Of a DNA stretch of 64,000 nt, positions 52,641-64,000 are shown one piece after another. Position 1 is the first letter of the stretch. Each line of letters opens with the position of its first letter. The DNA is from Selaginella moellendorffii (Eukaryota; Plantae; Lycopodiophyta). The notes beneath the pieces were generated by a model that was not told the DNA's origin, searched no databases, and saw only the letters and a program-made list of their open reading frames with translations. The stretch lies in NCBI RefSeq assembly GCF_000143415.4, contig NW_003314280.1, positions 1,235,193 to 1,299,192 of the forward strand, in the 5' to 3' direction. Position numbers and translations under genes: made by a program.

Positions 52641-52770
52641 TGACAGACTGACACTGTAACTTTGTCATCTTTGACACTGACACTGTCTCTGTCACTGACA
52701 CTATCACTGTCGCTATCTGCTACACTGACACTGTCAGTGTCACAATCATTATCACATTGACATGTGACAC
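52641..52770. repeat. Array of TGACAC/GTGTCA-like hexamers
   Basis: More than 10 degenerate copies in both orientations (tgacactgacactgtctctgtcactgacac...). Confidence 0.7.
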
Positions 52771-52971
52771 ATCTTTCTCATTGCATTCAATTGTCTTTTA
52801 ATGTATCATTAATAAATAGATTTTTCATACCACTCCTCAATTTACACATTGCATATGATGTGCCATGCATACCTAGGAAAACTTCTAGAAAACTAAATAT
52901 ATATTATTTATAAGTTTTTAAAACATCATAAATTACCTCCTAGAAGCAACTGATAGAGAAGGATGAAAACC

Positions 52972-55900
52972 TCAAAGACGGCGTTTGAAGAACTTATATT
53001 CTTCAATCGCAAACACCGATCTACCAGAGTCATGTGCTACTTCTACCATCGAACCACTACCTGCTGTGCAATTGATGACAACACCCCTAGTTGGGCAATA
53101 AAGCTCAAGTAGGACATGCATCGTCGATGGAGATCGGAACCGATACCCAGACAATGTGTTACGGATGTCGTTGTCTATGAGATTTGGTATGATGTCAGTA
53201 AAGTTATCATACCCTGGCAAAACCCTTGCAGCACGCTCGCTATCATGAAAACCGTCATTTTCTTTTCTGCAAAACACATGGTAGGTCCACATCATAACCT
53301 GAATAATAAAACTTTAGAGACAACCAAAACAGAAAATGATTTCTTACCTTCTCTGGCATGCTTAGGACACCTTTGGTCTCCCCAACACTATCCATGATGC
53401 ATCCGGAAGAGAACCTCTTGAAGTTGACTCGACTTGCATACCTCATAAGGCAGGACATCCAATGGGGGTCATTCGGGAGAATGAAGGCAACTTGACCGGT
53501 TGTATGAAGGAGAATTGCTGCAAAAAGGAATGCATCCTTCAAGTGGTTTTTAGTCAGGTTGTTCCAGCTTGGGACATCATCATTAGCGTTTAGAAGACCA
53601 TCTGGCATGTCAAAGAGCATGAAGTTTGTGCTCTTGAGCGGTCGCTTATGGATCTTCTGACAAAAGCGCTCCCACTTTTGCCGGATCGCCATATTCTCAG
53701 CATCCTCCTCAAAAGATGCCATCAATGAACTATAGGAGCCAATAAAGATCCCAATTTCACTACAGCATGCCACTAGAGATACAGGGCGAATCTAGGGGGA
53801 GAAGACAAAGATAAGATGTGAACTTAAGAAAAATTTACATACCGTCATGTGGCGTGTGGTAGATGTAAGTTCCTCCAAGTCCTCTTCTCGAGCATCAAGA
53901 CGAGCTGGAATGAAGTTACTCCCGACAGTTTTTGCTGCAACCATTTTGAGGAACTAAGAAAAGGAGAGAATTAAAAGAAATATACCTCGAGAAGTTCCTC
54001 GGTTACGGGGACGTCTTGGACGATCATCATCACTGTTGACTAATTCCTCCAGATGTGGATTTGCTCGCTTTCATCGAGGTAGAACTTCTTTGACGTTCTG
54101 GTTCTCTTGCTCGACTTCATCTCGAAGAATCTCGTTCTCACCGCCATCTTCACTCTGCTCGCCATTGGCACCAATAGGGTCGACATTCTCATGGCCATCA
54201 TCTTCGTCATCATTGTTGCCTCTTGCAGCCTCATGGTGGGTTGGTTCATAATCTGGCATCTCCAATTCCCAAGGACAAGCGTGCTTTATTGCTGCTGGAA
54301 ACTTCATTGTTGTCGAGTACATGCCTCCATCTCTCACACCATGCCTCAGGAGGCGTGTGCATACCGGTGTTTCGAGAGGAACACCTCTATATAATAGAAT
54401 ATAAACAATTGAGTATAGTTGAGAAATTGTATATTACCTAAAAGCCGCTCGACGCATGAAGTAAGGTTGGCCAAGTTGTTTATCAAATGGAGTCGTGCTT
54501 GTGGCCTTCTTTGGCAGCCAGTCCTCTCCAAGTTTTGTAAGCTCAATGGTGACAAAGTCCTTAAATGGAAGTTGCTCAGGATCATCCCCTATGAAAGGCG
54601 CTAGAAACATCTCCCCTTCATATACAGTTTGTGAAATGTAGACGGTTCTCCTCATCACAGTCTCCATCATACTATCCAAACCTTTTTCTCCTTCACTGAG
54701 TCTGCTATTAAGGTCGTTCAGAATGTGTATCTGTTCCTCATATGTAAGCTTTGACTTTGAGATGTTGTAAATAATCTCATCTGGAGTCTTGCCCACTAAA
54801 AAATAACTTTTGTGAGAACCTTCATGTAAATACAAACAATACTTACTTTCATGACAAGCAATCTCTATTATAATATCGAACCACTCCTTTGGGCATCAAG
54901 GATCAGCCACACTAAGTAATTTCTTTACCTTTGTCTTCTTTGTGCTGTTGATTTCTTGTCAATTGCAGCTAAATGCTCTAAGAGTTCTTGATCATTTTCA
55001 GCTCGATGCAACTGTGCATATGCATCTTGCTTAACCTTCACCAATGGCTGAAGACAACACAAACATTCTATGATAAGAAGTATACTTAAAAGAACATACC
55101 TTACTCCACACAGCTGTCATAAAAGCCATTGGATTCTTGTACCATCTATTGGCATCCTGACGACCTTGTTGATGTCGAATAAGTGATGCTAAATCATCAC
55201 CATAGTGGCTGCGGACTGCATCCTCGTCGAGATTGGCAAGAAACAGGATCTGCTCGATATCATGTATTAGGCTTTGTTTCTGCACTGCAAACTGTCCCAG
55301 TCTGCAAAACACAAATTGTTAAAAGTGATTGAAGAGGGAGAGGTACTTATGCATTAATTTTGTGGCAAGCTATCACAAGCCTTGCCACATCTAGAGATCC
55401 TCTCGCATGTACATGTCCAACCGGAACATTGATGTGATAGACAGGATCGTCTCGGAAGCATTCTCGGATGCACTTCATCCACGCGCACCAGCGATAATTC
55501 CCGTCAATAATGTAGAACATTTTCCCCACAAATTGTTGAGTCTCAGGATGGCTCATAAGCTTGTTGTCCAATTCGCGGGACTTCATTTTCCAAATGTCAT
55601 CCCAATCCCTCTCGATTTCCGGTGACACCGAGAGGGTATTTGTCGTTCCTGGCTTGAAAACCGAAACAAGGAACATACCTATGTTTGTCCCAAGGCCATT
55701 CTGTTTGTACAGACTATAGATGTCCATGTTGACGAAGTGCGGTGAAGCAGACCGAACGATGCTTGTCTGAGTGAATCGACATAGTGGGATTTCTCGGATC
55801 ATGTGCCCCGGGCCTTCCCACTTGAGAGACTCCAGAGTCGTGTGAATGGCCTTCTCTTTAGTTCTCAAAACTGTCTCTTGGAAGCGCTTGTCGACAATGT

Positions 55901-56027
55901 GTTCAGGTAGCTCCACTTCTCTTTCAGCTTCAGCTACACCTCCAGTAGCACCATTATCAGATCTAGCCCCTGACTCGGGCCCAACACCGCCATCAGGCGC
56001 ACTTGGGCACTGCTCCGTTTCTGCCAT
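52972..56027 (-). pseudogene. Multi-exon ParB-like domain + N6-adenine/N4-cytosine DNA methyltransferase (beta-order motifs); MULE cargo, disrupted in this copy
   Basis: ParB/Srx-like FYIIDGNYRWCAW (55491-55511). Motif IV-like MLFDMPDGL (53600-53611) precedes motif X-I-II RSPSTMHVLLELYCPTRGVVINCTAGSGSMVEVAHDSGRSVFAIEE (about 53000-53140). Short introns, e.g. 53347-53299; several stops and one GT>AT donor. Confidence 0.78.
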
Positions 56028-56084
56028 ATTTTATGAATATGTTAAGAGTAGTGGCATTTGTGGTTGTGGCAGCAATGGTAGTGA

Positions 56085-56312
56085 TGACAATGGTTGTGCT
56101 GGTGGTGGTGATGATGGTGGCGGTGGTGGTGGTAATGGTGGTGATGACGGTGGTGGTGGTAATGGTGGTGATGATAGTGGTGGTGGTAATGGTGGTGATG
56201 ACGGTGGTGGTAATGGTGGTGATGATGGTAAAGGTGGCGGTGGCGGTAATGGTGGTGGTGGTGGTGGCGGTGGTAATGGTGGTGGTGGCATCGATGGCGG
56301 TGGTGGGGGTGC
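56085..56312. repeat. (GGT/GAT/AAT)n trinucleotide tract; poly-Pro on the minus strand, in frame with the ParB exon apart from one TAA
   Basis: ORF 56031-56486 shares its frame with ORF 55347-56027; only TAA AAT separates them. Confidence 0.8.
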
Positions 56313-56519
56313 ATGTGGACTGGAGCTATGTGGTTGGGAAGACGGTAGAATTGTCGCTGTGGAAATCTCTATCTGAAGGTCAACTTGATTGTCGTCCTGG
56401 ATCTCATCTTCCTCATGTCTTCTCTTTGATCCAACATCCCTCTCCTTTTGTAGTTGCTTCCATTTCTGAAAATAAAAAAAACTCATTATAAATTATAAAT
56501 GCATAAGAAGAGGGGAACA

Positions 56520-56878
56520 GGGCGTGGGCTCAGTGCAGGCCTCCCCCAAGCACCTTGGCTGGCCCGCGCCAAGGCCAACTGCCCGAGAACCTTGCCTTGG
56601 CGCTTGGAGGCGAGCCGGTTCACTGGCGAACTGGCCCTCCTCCAAGCACCAAGGCCGGCTCGCGGGCGGTTGGCCGTTGCACTTGGACTTAGCTGGCTCG
56701 CGCCAAATGCCTAGCGTGGGCATTTGCCACAAGCACTTGGCGCCTTTGCCGGCCAAGCACCTTGGCCGGCCTAGGCGGAGTGCCCAGCCAAATGCCCGGC
56801 CTGGGCACTTGGCAGCAGTGGTGCTGGGCAGCAGTGGCCCTAGACAACGCGGCGCTGGCGTGGCGTGGCGTGGCGTGG
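56520..56878. repeat. GC-rich tract of CTTGGC/GCCAAG motifs between the divergent MULE genes
   Basis: Many short palindromic units such as gccaagcaccttggc; abuts an assembly gap. Confidence 0.6.
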
Positions 56879-58013
56879 NNNNNNNNNNNNNNNNNNNNNN
56901 NNNNNNNNNNNNNNNNNNNNNNNNNNNNNNNNNNNNNNNNNNNNNNNNNNNNNNNNNNNNNNNNNNNNNNNNNNNNNNNNNNNNNNNNNNNNNNNNNNNN
57001 NNNNNNNNNNNNNNNNNNNNNNNNNNCGCGGAGGAGAGGGAGTGGAGGAGAGGGAGTGGAGGAGGAGAAAAAACTTACTCTTGGCGGCATTCTGTTCCCA
57101 CAGTCACTCCCAATCTCCCACGATACTTTCTGTAAAACCCTAATGCCGGTGGCTGCCCTAACCCTAACCTAACTTTCATCACAGCCGTTCATCATGGATG
57201 CAGTAAATCTTCACTGTACAATAAATAATAATAAATCTAGCATTGTACAATTTATACTCCGCCCTAGATTTGATCACGTGACAAAGTCCTTTTGAATTGT
57301 AATTTAATAATGGAGGTGTGCTCTAATATGACTATATCATAATGTGAAATAATGTCACAAATGCATGTGTTGAATTGATCACAGTACAAAATTGTTAGAA
57401 AATATAAGATTATTAAATCGTAAGGTGTTATTTCCAAAGCAATGTATATAGATAATTTACTATAGGTGATAGATGGTAGTACAAAGATGGAATATATTTA
57501 AATGAGTTCAGAAGAATGTGATGATTTCTAGCTTTAATGAAGTACTGAAAATATGTACAATATTTAATTTATTTGGCAACAATTGGTTGATGGTAGATCC
57601 TAGAATAAAATCATTCCTATCTTTCATATTATGGCACATGCTTGAGGTGATATTTCTTTCCGTTCGACCAAAAGTTAGTGCATATAATAAATTTGAGTAT
57701 GGTTTTGAATTCAATGTATATAGACTTTTAATATTGTACAACATAGTCCTATATACTTTATACAGAATTTATTATAACAACATTATTCGATGTTAGATCC
57801 TAGAATAAAATCACCCTATCTTTTCACATAATGGCATAGCACATGTGAGGTGACATTTCGTTATAAAAGTTTAGAGTTCCAAAACCTAAAGGCAACAAAA
57901 TGGAGGGCTTCCTTTTGCATTACCAAGATCACCCACCGCTTTCTATCTCCTAGAGTCTTATTTCAGAAAGTTTTCTTTGCCGACGTTTCAATCTTTCTCT
58001 CGGTTCTATTTCA

Positions 58014-61000
58014 TTGGAAGCTGTGATTCGCAACAACATTGGTGTAGTTGAACGATCGGAGTTTCTTCTTTCGGGTGTAGGTGAAGGTGGACAACATTGG
58101 GATTTGCAACATTCCAAGTCGAAAGAGATTCGAGTTTTTGGATCTCCAATCAAAGTGCGAGGCTGTGATCCTGCTAAAGTGAATGTGAAGCAAGAGTTGG
58201 TCGTTTTCATTTCTTCCTCTTCTAGTTCTAGTGGAGATGTTAGTCCAGTGTGAGCCAAGAATTTCCAAACTCCAACTTCACTGATATTCCAAGCTGTTTG
58301 CAATGCTTTCTAGTTTTCCCGCCTCTCTATCAATGTTCGTTCCTTTCTGCATAGGCCTGTTAGCGAGCTCCCATCTACATACAATGGCAATATCTTCTTT
58401 GAACTACCACCTCTTGTCAACTCAAAACGAAAGGGGATGGAGACGAAGCAGGATGTCCACAACTGATGCAAGATCAAGACCACACATTTCCAGCATTTCA
58501 AAGGCATAGTGTCCATGGTTCATTGTGGTGGGTATTTGGATTGTGTGAATAAAGCATGCAATCAAGAGCACGGTAAAAACTCCATATTTTTTGAAGGATC
58601 TGCAACCAATCCTCCCCTCTATGACACCATTGGTGTTGGATTCAAGTGTCGGTTTTGCAAGAATGCTCCATTGTGTCGTGCCATCTGTGGGGCCAAGATG
58701 TACTATTTTCTTCCACGGGATGGAGAGGTTGGTAGAGCTGCAGTACATATTGGCACGCACACACATCCAATGCAGGAAGGGATACAAAGGAGTTCAGTCA
58801 ACCATTTCAAAGATGTAGTGCAGATAGAGACTGTGAGAAACTCATCTGCAACTCCGAAGCATGTTCAAAAGATAATGCTCAAGGATTTTATCGCAAATAC
58901 TTTACTTGATCCGGACTACAAGAATACTCAACTGGATGAGGCTAGCTTGTGGGAGTTACTACGACATGTGCAACCTGCAACTAGCCTCAGGAGGTATGAA
59001 AATATTATTACATACTTTTCAATAATATCTCTCTTACATTTTGTTTTATTTAGGATAAAGTCTTGGATGTGTGAATCTCGACAGGGGAAACTCCAATAAA
59101 AAATTGACTCAATCCTTGAACTAAAATGGACTTGTCCCTATGAGTTTATCCATGGGAGTTTATTTCCAGATCAAGTCATTAGTGAGCAAGAGCACCCCTT
59201 CGTTTTCAAAATGTCTACCATGGGCCCTGCCTCTGGTGTGGATCTTGTTTCCCAAATGGATATGTCTGGGTCGAGTGACCTTGCTAATGCATGGGTACAT
59301 TTTGACCATATGGAGCGGGTGGCAGGTTAGACAACCATGGGAGCTCATGTGTATGATCCAAGGTAGTTTTTTTTCTCATTATCTTAAAATGGTTTTAAAC
59401 ATTGCATGCTTTATTTCGTTAAAGTGGGACTTATTCAGTAAAGTGGGACATTAATTAGCATGTGTCCACATGCCATTTCCTAGTACTTAATTAATATTTA
59501 TTAATATTTCTATCAGTTTTTTAATTTATTTTTTTATATTTCACAATATTATAACACAAAATCATATGAAAAGTTTTTAATTTATAAATTATAAAGTTAA
59601 AACTTCAATTTTTTATTGTTGTTATAAAAATGGCATGTGGCCACACACCATAAGTGGGATAATGAAAAGTCCCACTTTAACGAAATAAAGCATTTGCACT
59701 TTTCACAGGCTACGTTGTAACTTGACAATTGCAACGGCAGAGTTTAAAGTACAAGACCAGATGGCTCAAGAAATATTTTGGAAGTCCCTCTCCGACATTG
59801 TATTGAAGCGGACTGGTAAGCCTGCCAACTTTCGCGGTTTCATGGCAGATGGGGCTGGGGCTAATTGGAATGGTGTCCGGGCAGTCTTTGGGAATGGTCT
59901 ACCCCTAGAAGGTCGTGAGAGGACTTGTGAGTTCCATTGGGCTCAGAGCCTAAACCAACACTGCCACCTTATCAAGCCAGATTTCCAATTAGCATTTAAG
60001 GAGTTGTGCAAACAATGGCAGGCTGCACCTTCTGAAGAAGAGCATGAGGCAAAAGCAAACGAGATCCAAATGTGGTGGCGTGAAGATGGCCATACTGACG
60101 TAAGTTGTCTACCACAACTTGAGTCGTGGTTGGGGTGGTGGGAAGTTAGAATGTTCCAATGGGGACATCACTCTTTTCAGGTTGGTTTTTCTTTTTTTCC
60201 TCTCTTTTTATTGCTTTTTAATATCATCTTTTTATAAGGATCAACCACTTGAGGATCTTGCATACACCCCAACTGTGAATCTCTCAGAGAGTAAGCATTG
60301 GAGCTGGCGTTCCTCTAAGGCAGGGAAAGGGAAGATGAGTCTATATGAAGCATGTCTATCAGATTTGATACGCGCTGTAGAGCGGTCTTCAAAAGCCTTG
60401 GCATTTGAGGAAGGAAGATATATGGGAACAGGACCTTCGGTTGAGATGTTACACGATCGGATGAAGAAGAAAGTGACTCCACTAGCACGAACAATGGCAA
60501 CTGCAGTGGAGGAAGTGGTCCGCGGCACATCTATGGAGTACACTCCTCGGGCTTCTATTGGTGATATGAAGACCGTCCGCTCAAAGCGTCGATTTTCCTT
60601 TGCTGGTGAAGATGTTGGCACGGATCTTGGAGCAAAAAGCTCTCACAGGCCTGATGTTGAGTATCATTCTACTCCAAGACATCGCCCCAGAACCGAACCA
60701 CCTCAAGTGGCTGATGAAGAAAGTGCATCACAGTAGGTTGAAATTGCTTATTGTAGTGTGGAGCCGAAGCAATGGGCAATCCATCGAGTGCTAGCGAAAT
60801 CAAATGTAAGGTGTGTGGGGATGCTTCCAAGGGGCAAGTGTTGGGCTTGGATCCGTGGTAATAAGTCTGTTTCTGTTCCAGCGCCATGTTTCCATGGGGA
60901 ACGAAAGCAAGCAGGATTTTCAAGATGGTGTTGGTTATATTGCTGCAACTCTGATGTCAACCATACAAAGCGGCTTGAAGACACTATAGTGACTAAACCT

Positions 61001-61516
61001 AATGCAGTACCTAAAGAATGGCCGGTTGCTAATGGGGTTGCGCTCACCTCGGATGAAATTGAAAACCTTGAGAAATCTGGTTTCAATCTTGAGAGGAGAG
61101 TTGGAGATATGAGTGACAGAACCAAGACTATTCCTACAGAGATGCACAGGAGGCTAACATGAAAAGGTAAGGCAGTTAAATTTATTGGTACCGTCTCCAA
61201 GCAGAAGCAAGGTAAAATAAACTTGGCTCAAACACTTGAGTGTGAGATTCTCTCCACGAAGTACATCACTGCGCTCGCAAAGGAGTACACAGTCAAAACA
61301 GAAGGTGGAGAGTACACAATTGCCATTCAAGACTTTCCTTCTTGCACATGTCCAGACTTTACGAAGCGCGAGGAACATGGGAAGGCATATGCTCCTTGTA
61401 AGCATATGTACTACATCTTCATCAACATCTTGCACCAGGATCCTAAAGTGGATATTCATATACACCAAACAAGCCTTACTATTGCTGAGTTGCAGAAAAC
61501 TTTTGGAGCTAATTAG
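58014..61516 (+). pseudogene. Mutator-family transposase with GCM/WRKY-like Zn domain, DDE core and C-terminal SWIM finger; intron-containing, several stops
   Basis: CGGYLDC..C..CRFC..C..C..HIGTHTHP; VHFDH, FMADGAGANW, CEFHW (MULE CxxH), TVNLSESKH; SWIM SCTCPDF...PCKHMYY. Confidence 0.85.
59406..59693. mobile_element. MITE in a transposase intron
   Basis: 27-bp perfect TIR atgctttatttcgttaaagtgggactt, an inner inverted repeat (ccacatgccattt), AT-rich core, flanked by TTGC on both sides. Confidence 0.85.
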
Positions 61517-64000
61517 ATTTTCCAGCACTATCGATGTTTATTCTCTATCAATAATATAAACTAATTATACCTTATATAATTAATAAAAATATTTTATTAT
61601 TTCACTTTTCATTTCATATACTTGTGAGGTTCTTTTCGCAATACTACCCATAGTATTTGTGAGTCTCCATTTTTGTCTTTACCTTCTCAAAAAATATTTC
61701 GTGATAGTCTTTTGGGTGTATGATGTTACAATGTATTGTGAGAGCATATGTACCATCACAGTTGTTTTTTTTTCCTTTCAAATAGTTATATGGCCTTATA
61801 TAGAATCTTAATTCAAATTTAATAATTTAAAAATTCTTACAAACCTGACATTTACTAGCTAGAAAGCACAGAGTACAAATTTAAAGAAGTGACAAGAATA
61901 CTCTTTTTGCAAACATTTTATTTTATATTCTAACAAACGTCTCTATTATTGCATGTAGTAAATATTTAACTTATTATAACAAGAAGTGTCCTTTAGAACA
62001 TTTTTATCTATATAATATATAGAGAGTTATGAAATTATTAAGTTCGCCATAACTTTAAAATTTTAAAGTTTATAATGTTTGTACTAAATTACAATTGAAA
62101 ATTGAGCTCAACTCGTGAGCTCAACTCTTCAGCTCGTGAGCTCAAGTATGGTCCACGCTCCCTGTTGGCTAGTCCTTTTAGATATTCTTTCCTTACTGCC
62201 ATGACAGTAGGAGGTTAGTATTGTTGGACCCGTTATTAATTTCCACTTGAGCTAGTTAAGAAACTAGTTAATGAACATGCACTTAAATTGGATAAATATA
62301 AGGTAGGAACCCTATGTGTTTCTTGCTGAGCATACTCGGCCTGGTTTGAGAAACTTGTGTCATTAGCTTGCACTTATTAGTATCAAGAACCCCCTGCAAT
62401 ATTAAGATTAATCCCTCAATATTGCTAGTTGATAACTTACCGTGTTTGCTAAACACCCTCACTATCATGCCTTTTGTGTTAGTCTCATTTTGGTCCTAAA
62501 TACTATTTATGGAAAGTGTCTAGATTTCCTTATTTAGCATATCTATGGAATGTAGAGATTGTTCGGAACACAATGGTGTTCGTCTCATGTCCAAATTCAC
62601 AATCTATGGACATTCTATATTTAGTAAGTTTCAAGCTTGTCCCAAAGACTAACTCTTGATACTAAAGGAGGCTTGGGTGAAAGCCCAAAGCATGTGTTCC
62701 TAAAGGGGGGGGGGGGGTCTATGGGGGATTCCAAATGTATAGTAGGGATAATGGGTAGGTTGGCTAGCATGGCTGACCAACTTGAGGCATAGTTTAACTC
62801 CCGCTTACGTGCCTATCCTTGTTCTGCATTCGGCTTGGGTGTAAGCCCAAGCTCCACACCATGCTAGCTCCCATATCCTTGCGTTAGGCCACTAGTATGT
62901 TGAAATAGTGCCAAACTCCATTTTGCTCCATTTTATGTGTTGGTTCTAGCATTGGGATACTAGATGCTCTAATACTATTCCAAGTCGCTCCGTGCTCTTG
63001 TCCCTTTGCTCCTTGGGCTGTATGCTCAGGAGTCATTCCATGCTCTAGTGCCATCACTCCTTGGCTCCATACTTGGGAGTTTGGCACTGTTCCTTCGTTC
63101 AGTGGCCTAAGGCCTTGAAACTCGGGTTCCACACCACTGTCCTTTGGACACGTGGCATATAAACACTTTGTGGTTAAATCTTGGTGACGCCAACGTGGCA
63201 AAAGGTTTTGATTTGATGGTAAACCACCATAGGATAAAGTGTGAAAACCGCGTGTGTTATATTTGGTATCAAAGGTAAAGTCTCAACAAGTCCTATTCAA
63301 TGAGATTGGGCAATTGGTCTTATTGCATACGCAGAGATGAAAATGATGATTCGAGTAGGTACACGTTTGGGTGCAAGGGCTTCACATTCGTTCCCTAGGG
63401 ATGGATTTTGGTTACCTATTATGTGAGCTTGCTCTTGGGCTTATAAGATGGATAGGGATGTTCCATTTTGCACGAGTTTATGCTTGGGCTAATAGTGAGA
63501 TACATTAGCAACTCAAGGTTACACTTTGAGTTGGCAGGATTAACGTTAGGCTATCAATAGTTCCATGCTATGAGTGGCAAATAGGTTGGTCCATAGCTAT
63601 TTAGCATGGCACTAATGGATCCTTCCTAGGCATGATTATAAGTGGATCAATCAAGACTATAGGGATTAGTCTATTAGTTCAAGTAGTCATTGCCGTGCTC
63701 TTTCATATACTTTTCTTGGATTGGACTGAAGGCAGTGCGAAAGCAAGCTTGAGGTTTTGTCAAATTAGAGACTGAAAAGAGAGTTGTTAGGGACGAATGA
63801 TCAAATATGTAAATCATTTTCTCTTCTTGGAGAGATGATCTTCAATGAGGTGTTTAATCATTGCTCGTGTTCATAGTATGCAATCAAAAGTCCTTATCTT
63901 GATGCATGTTGGAAATGATAGTCTTACAAATGGTGAGTTGTGGGATGGATAGCAGTGAAGTGTTAAATTGTTTTTGTCTAAGCTTGCTATGGAAGACTTG

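Larger units (their letters stand above)
43354..62160. mobile_element. Large Mutator-like DNA transposon with imperfect TIRs and 8-bp TSD CCTGTTGG
   Basis: TSD at 43346-43353 and 62161-62168 inside an otherwise contiguous LTR. Ends GGGGATGGTCCAAAGTTGAG vs (rc) GAGCGTGGACCATACTTGAG, plus a 26/27 match GAGTTGAGCTCAYGAGTTGAGCTCAAT. Encodes a MULE transposase. Confidence 0.85.
43313..64000 (+). mobile_element. Element E (same family as D): 5' LTR split into 43313-43353 and 62161-63261 by the MULE; internal region runs off the window
   Basis: LTR sequence stops at agttacctgttgg and resumes at cctgttggctagtcc. PBS-like tggtatcaaag at 63264; 63262-64000 resembles the start of D's interior. Confidence 0.88.

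Noticed and set aside
52972-56027. Bacterial or phage contamination as the source of the MTase
   Set aside because: The gene has spliceosomal introns and lies inside a TSD-bounded eukaryotic transposon.
56003-56491. His-rich, Gly-rich and Val/Met-rich ORFs
   Set aside because: Alternative frames of one trinucleotide repeat; only the Pro-rich frame is in phase with a real exon.
57136-57171. Interstitial telomere
   Set aside because: Only a few imperfect units; more like telo-boxes.
58014-61516. Zisupton/KDZ or Sola assignment (8-bp or 4-bp TSD, SWIM)
   Set aside because: The D..D..CxxH..E spacing and N-terminal Zn module fit Mutator better; not excluded without a phylogeny.

Overview
Plant nuclear DNA; short GT-AG introns, PLS-class PPR genes, CYP72-clan P450s and chromoviruses suggest a lycophyte such as Selaginella (inference). 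1-8.3 kb is gene-rich: a P450 pseudo-fragment, two decayed PPR genes, a tandem pair of small putative secreted-peptide genes and two intact five-exon CYP72-clan P450s. A third intact P450 lies at 19.9-21.6 kb. The rest is nested transposons. Main results: (1) An 18.8-kb Mutator-like element (43354-62160, 8-bp TSD) carries a GCM-like/DDE/SWIM transposase. Head-to-head with it is an intron-containing gene fusing a ParB-like domain to a prokaryote-type N6-adenine/N4-cytosine DNA methyltransferase; it also carries a zinc-finger ORF split by a later LTR insertion. (2) A ~13.3-kb inversion (10373-23718) breaks two retrotransposon pol genes. Flipping it back restores both reading frames, a TSD and the tandem orientation of the P450s. 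(3) A nested Tcn1/sushi-like chromovirus has a Tf1-style self-priming site and a -1 frameshift signal. (4) A LARD-like element has young LTRs around an eroded interior. Assembly gaps: 25234-25527, 27067-27166, 52437-52536, 56879-57025. All alignments were done by eye; no database search was run.
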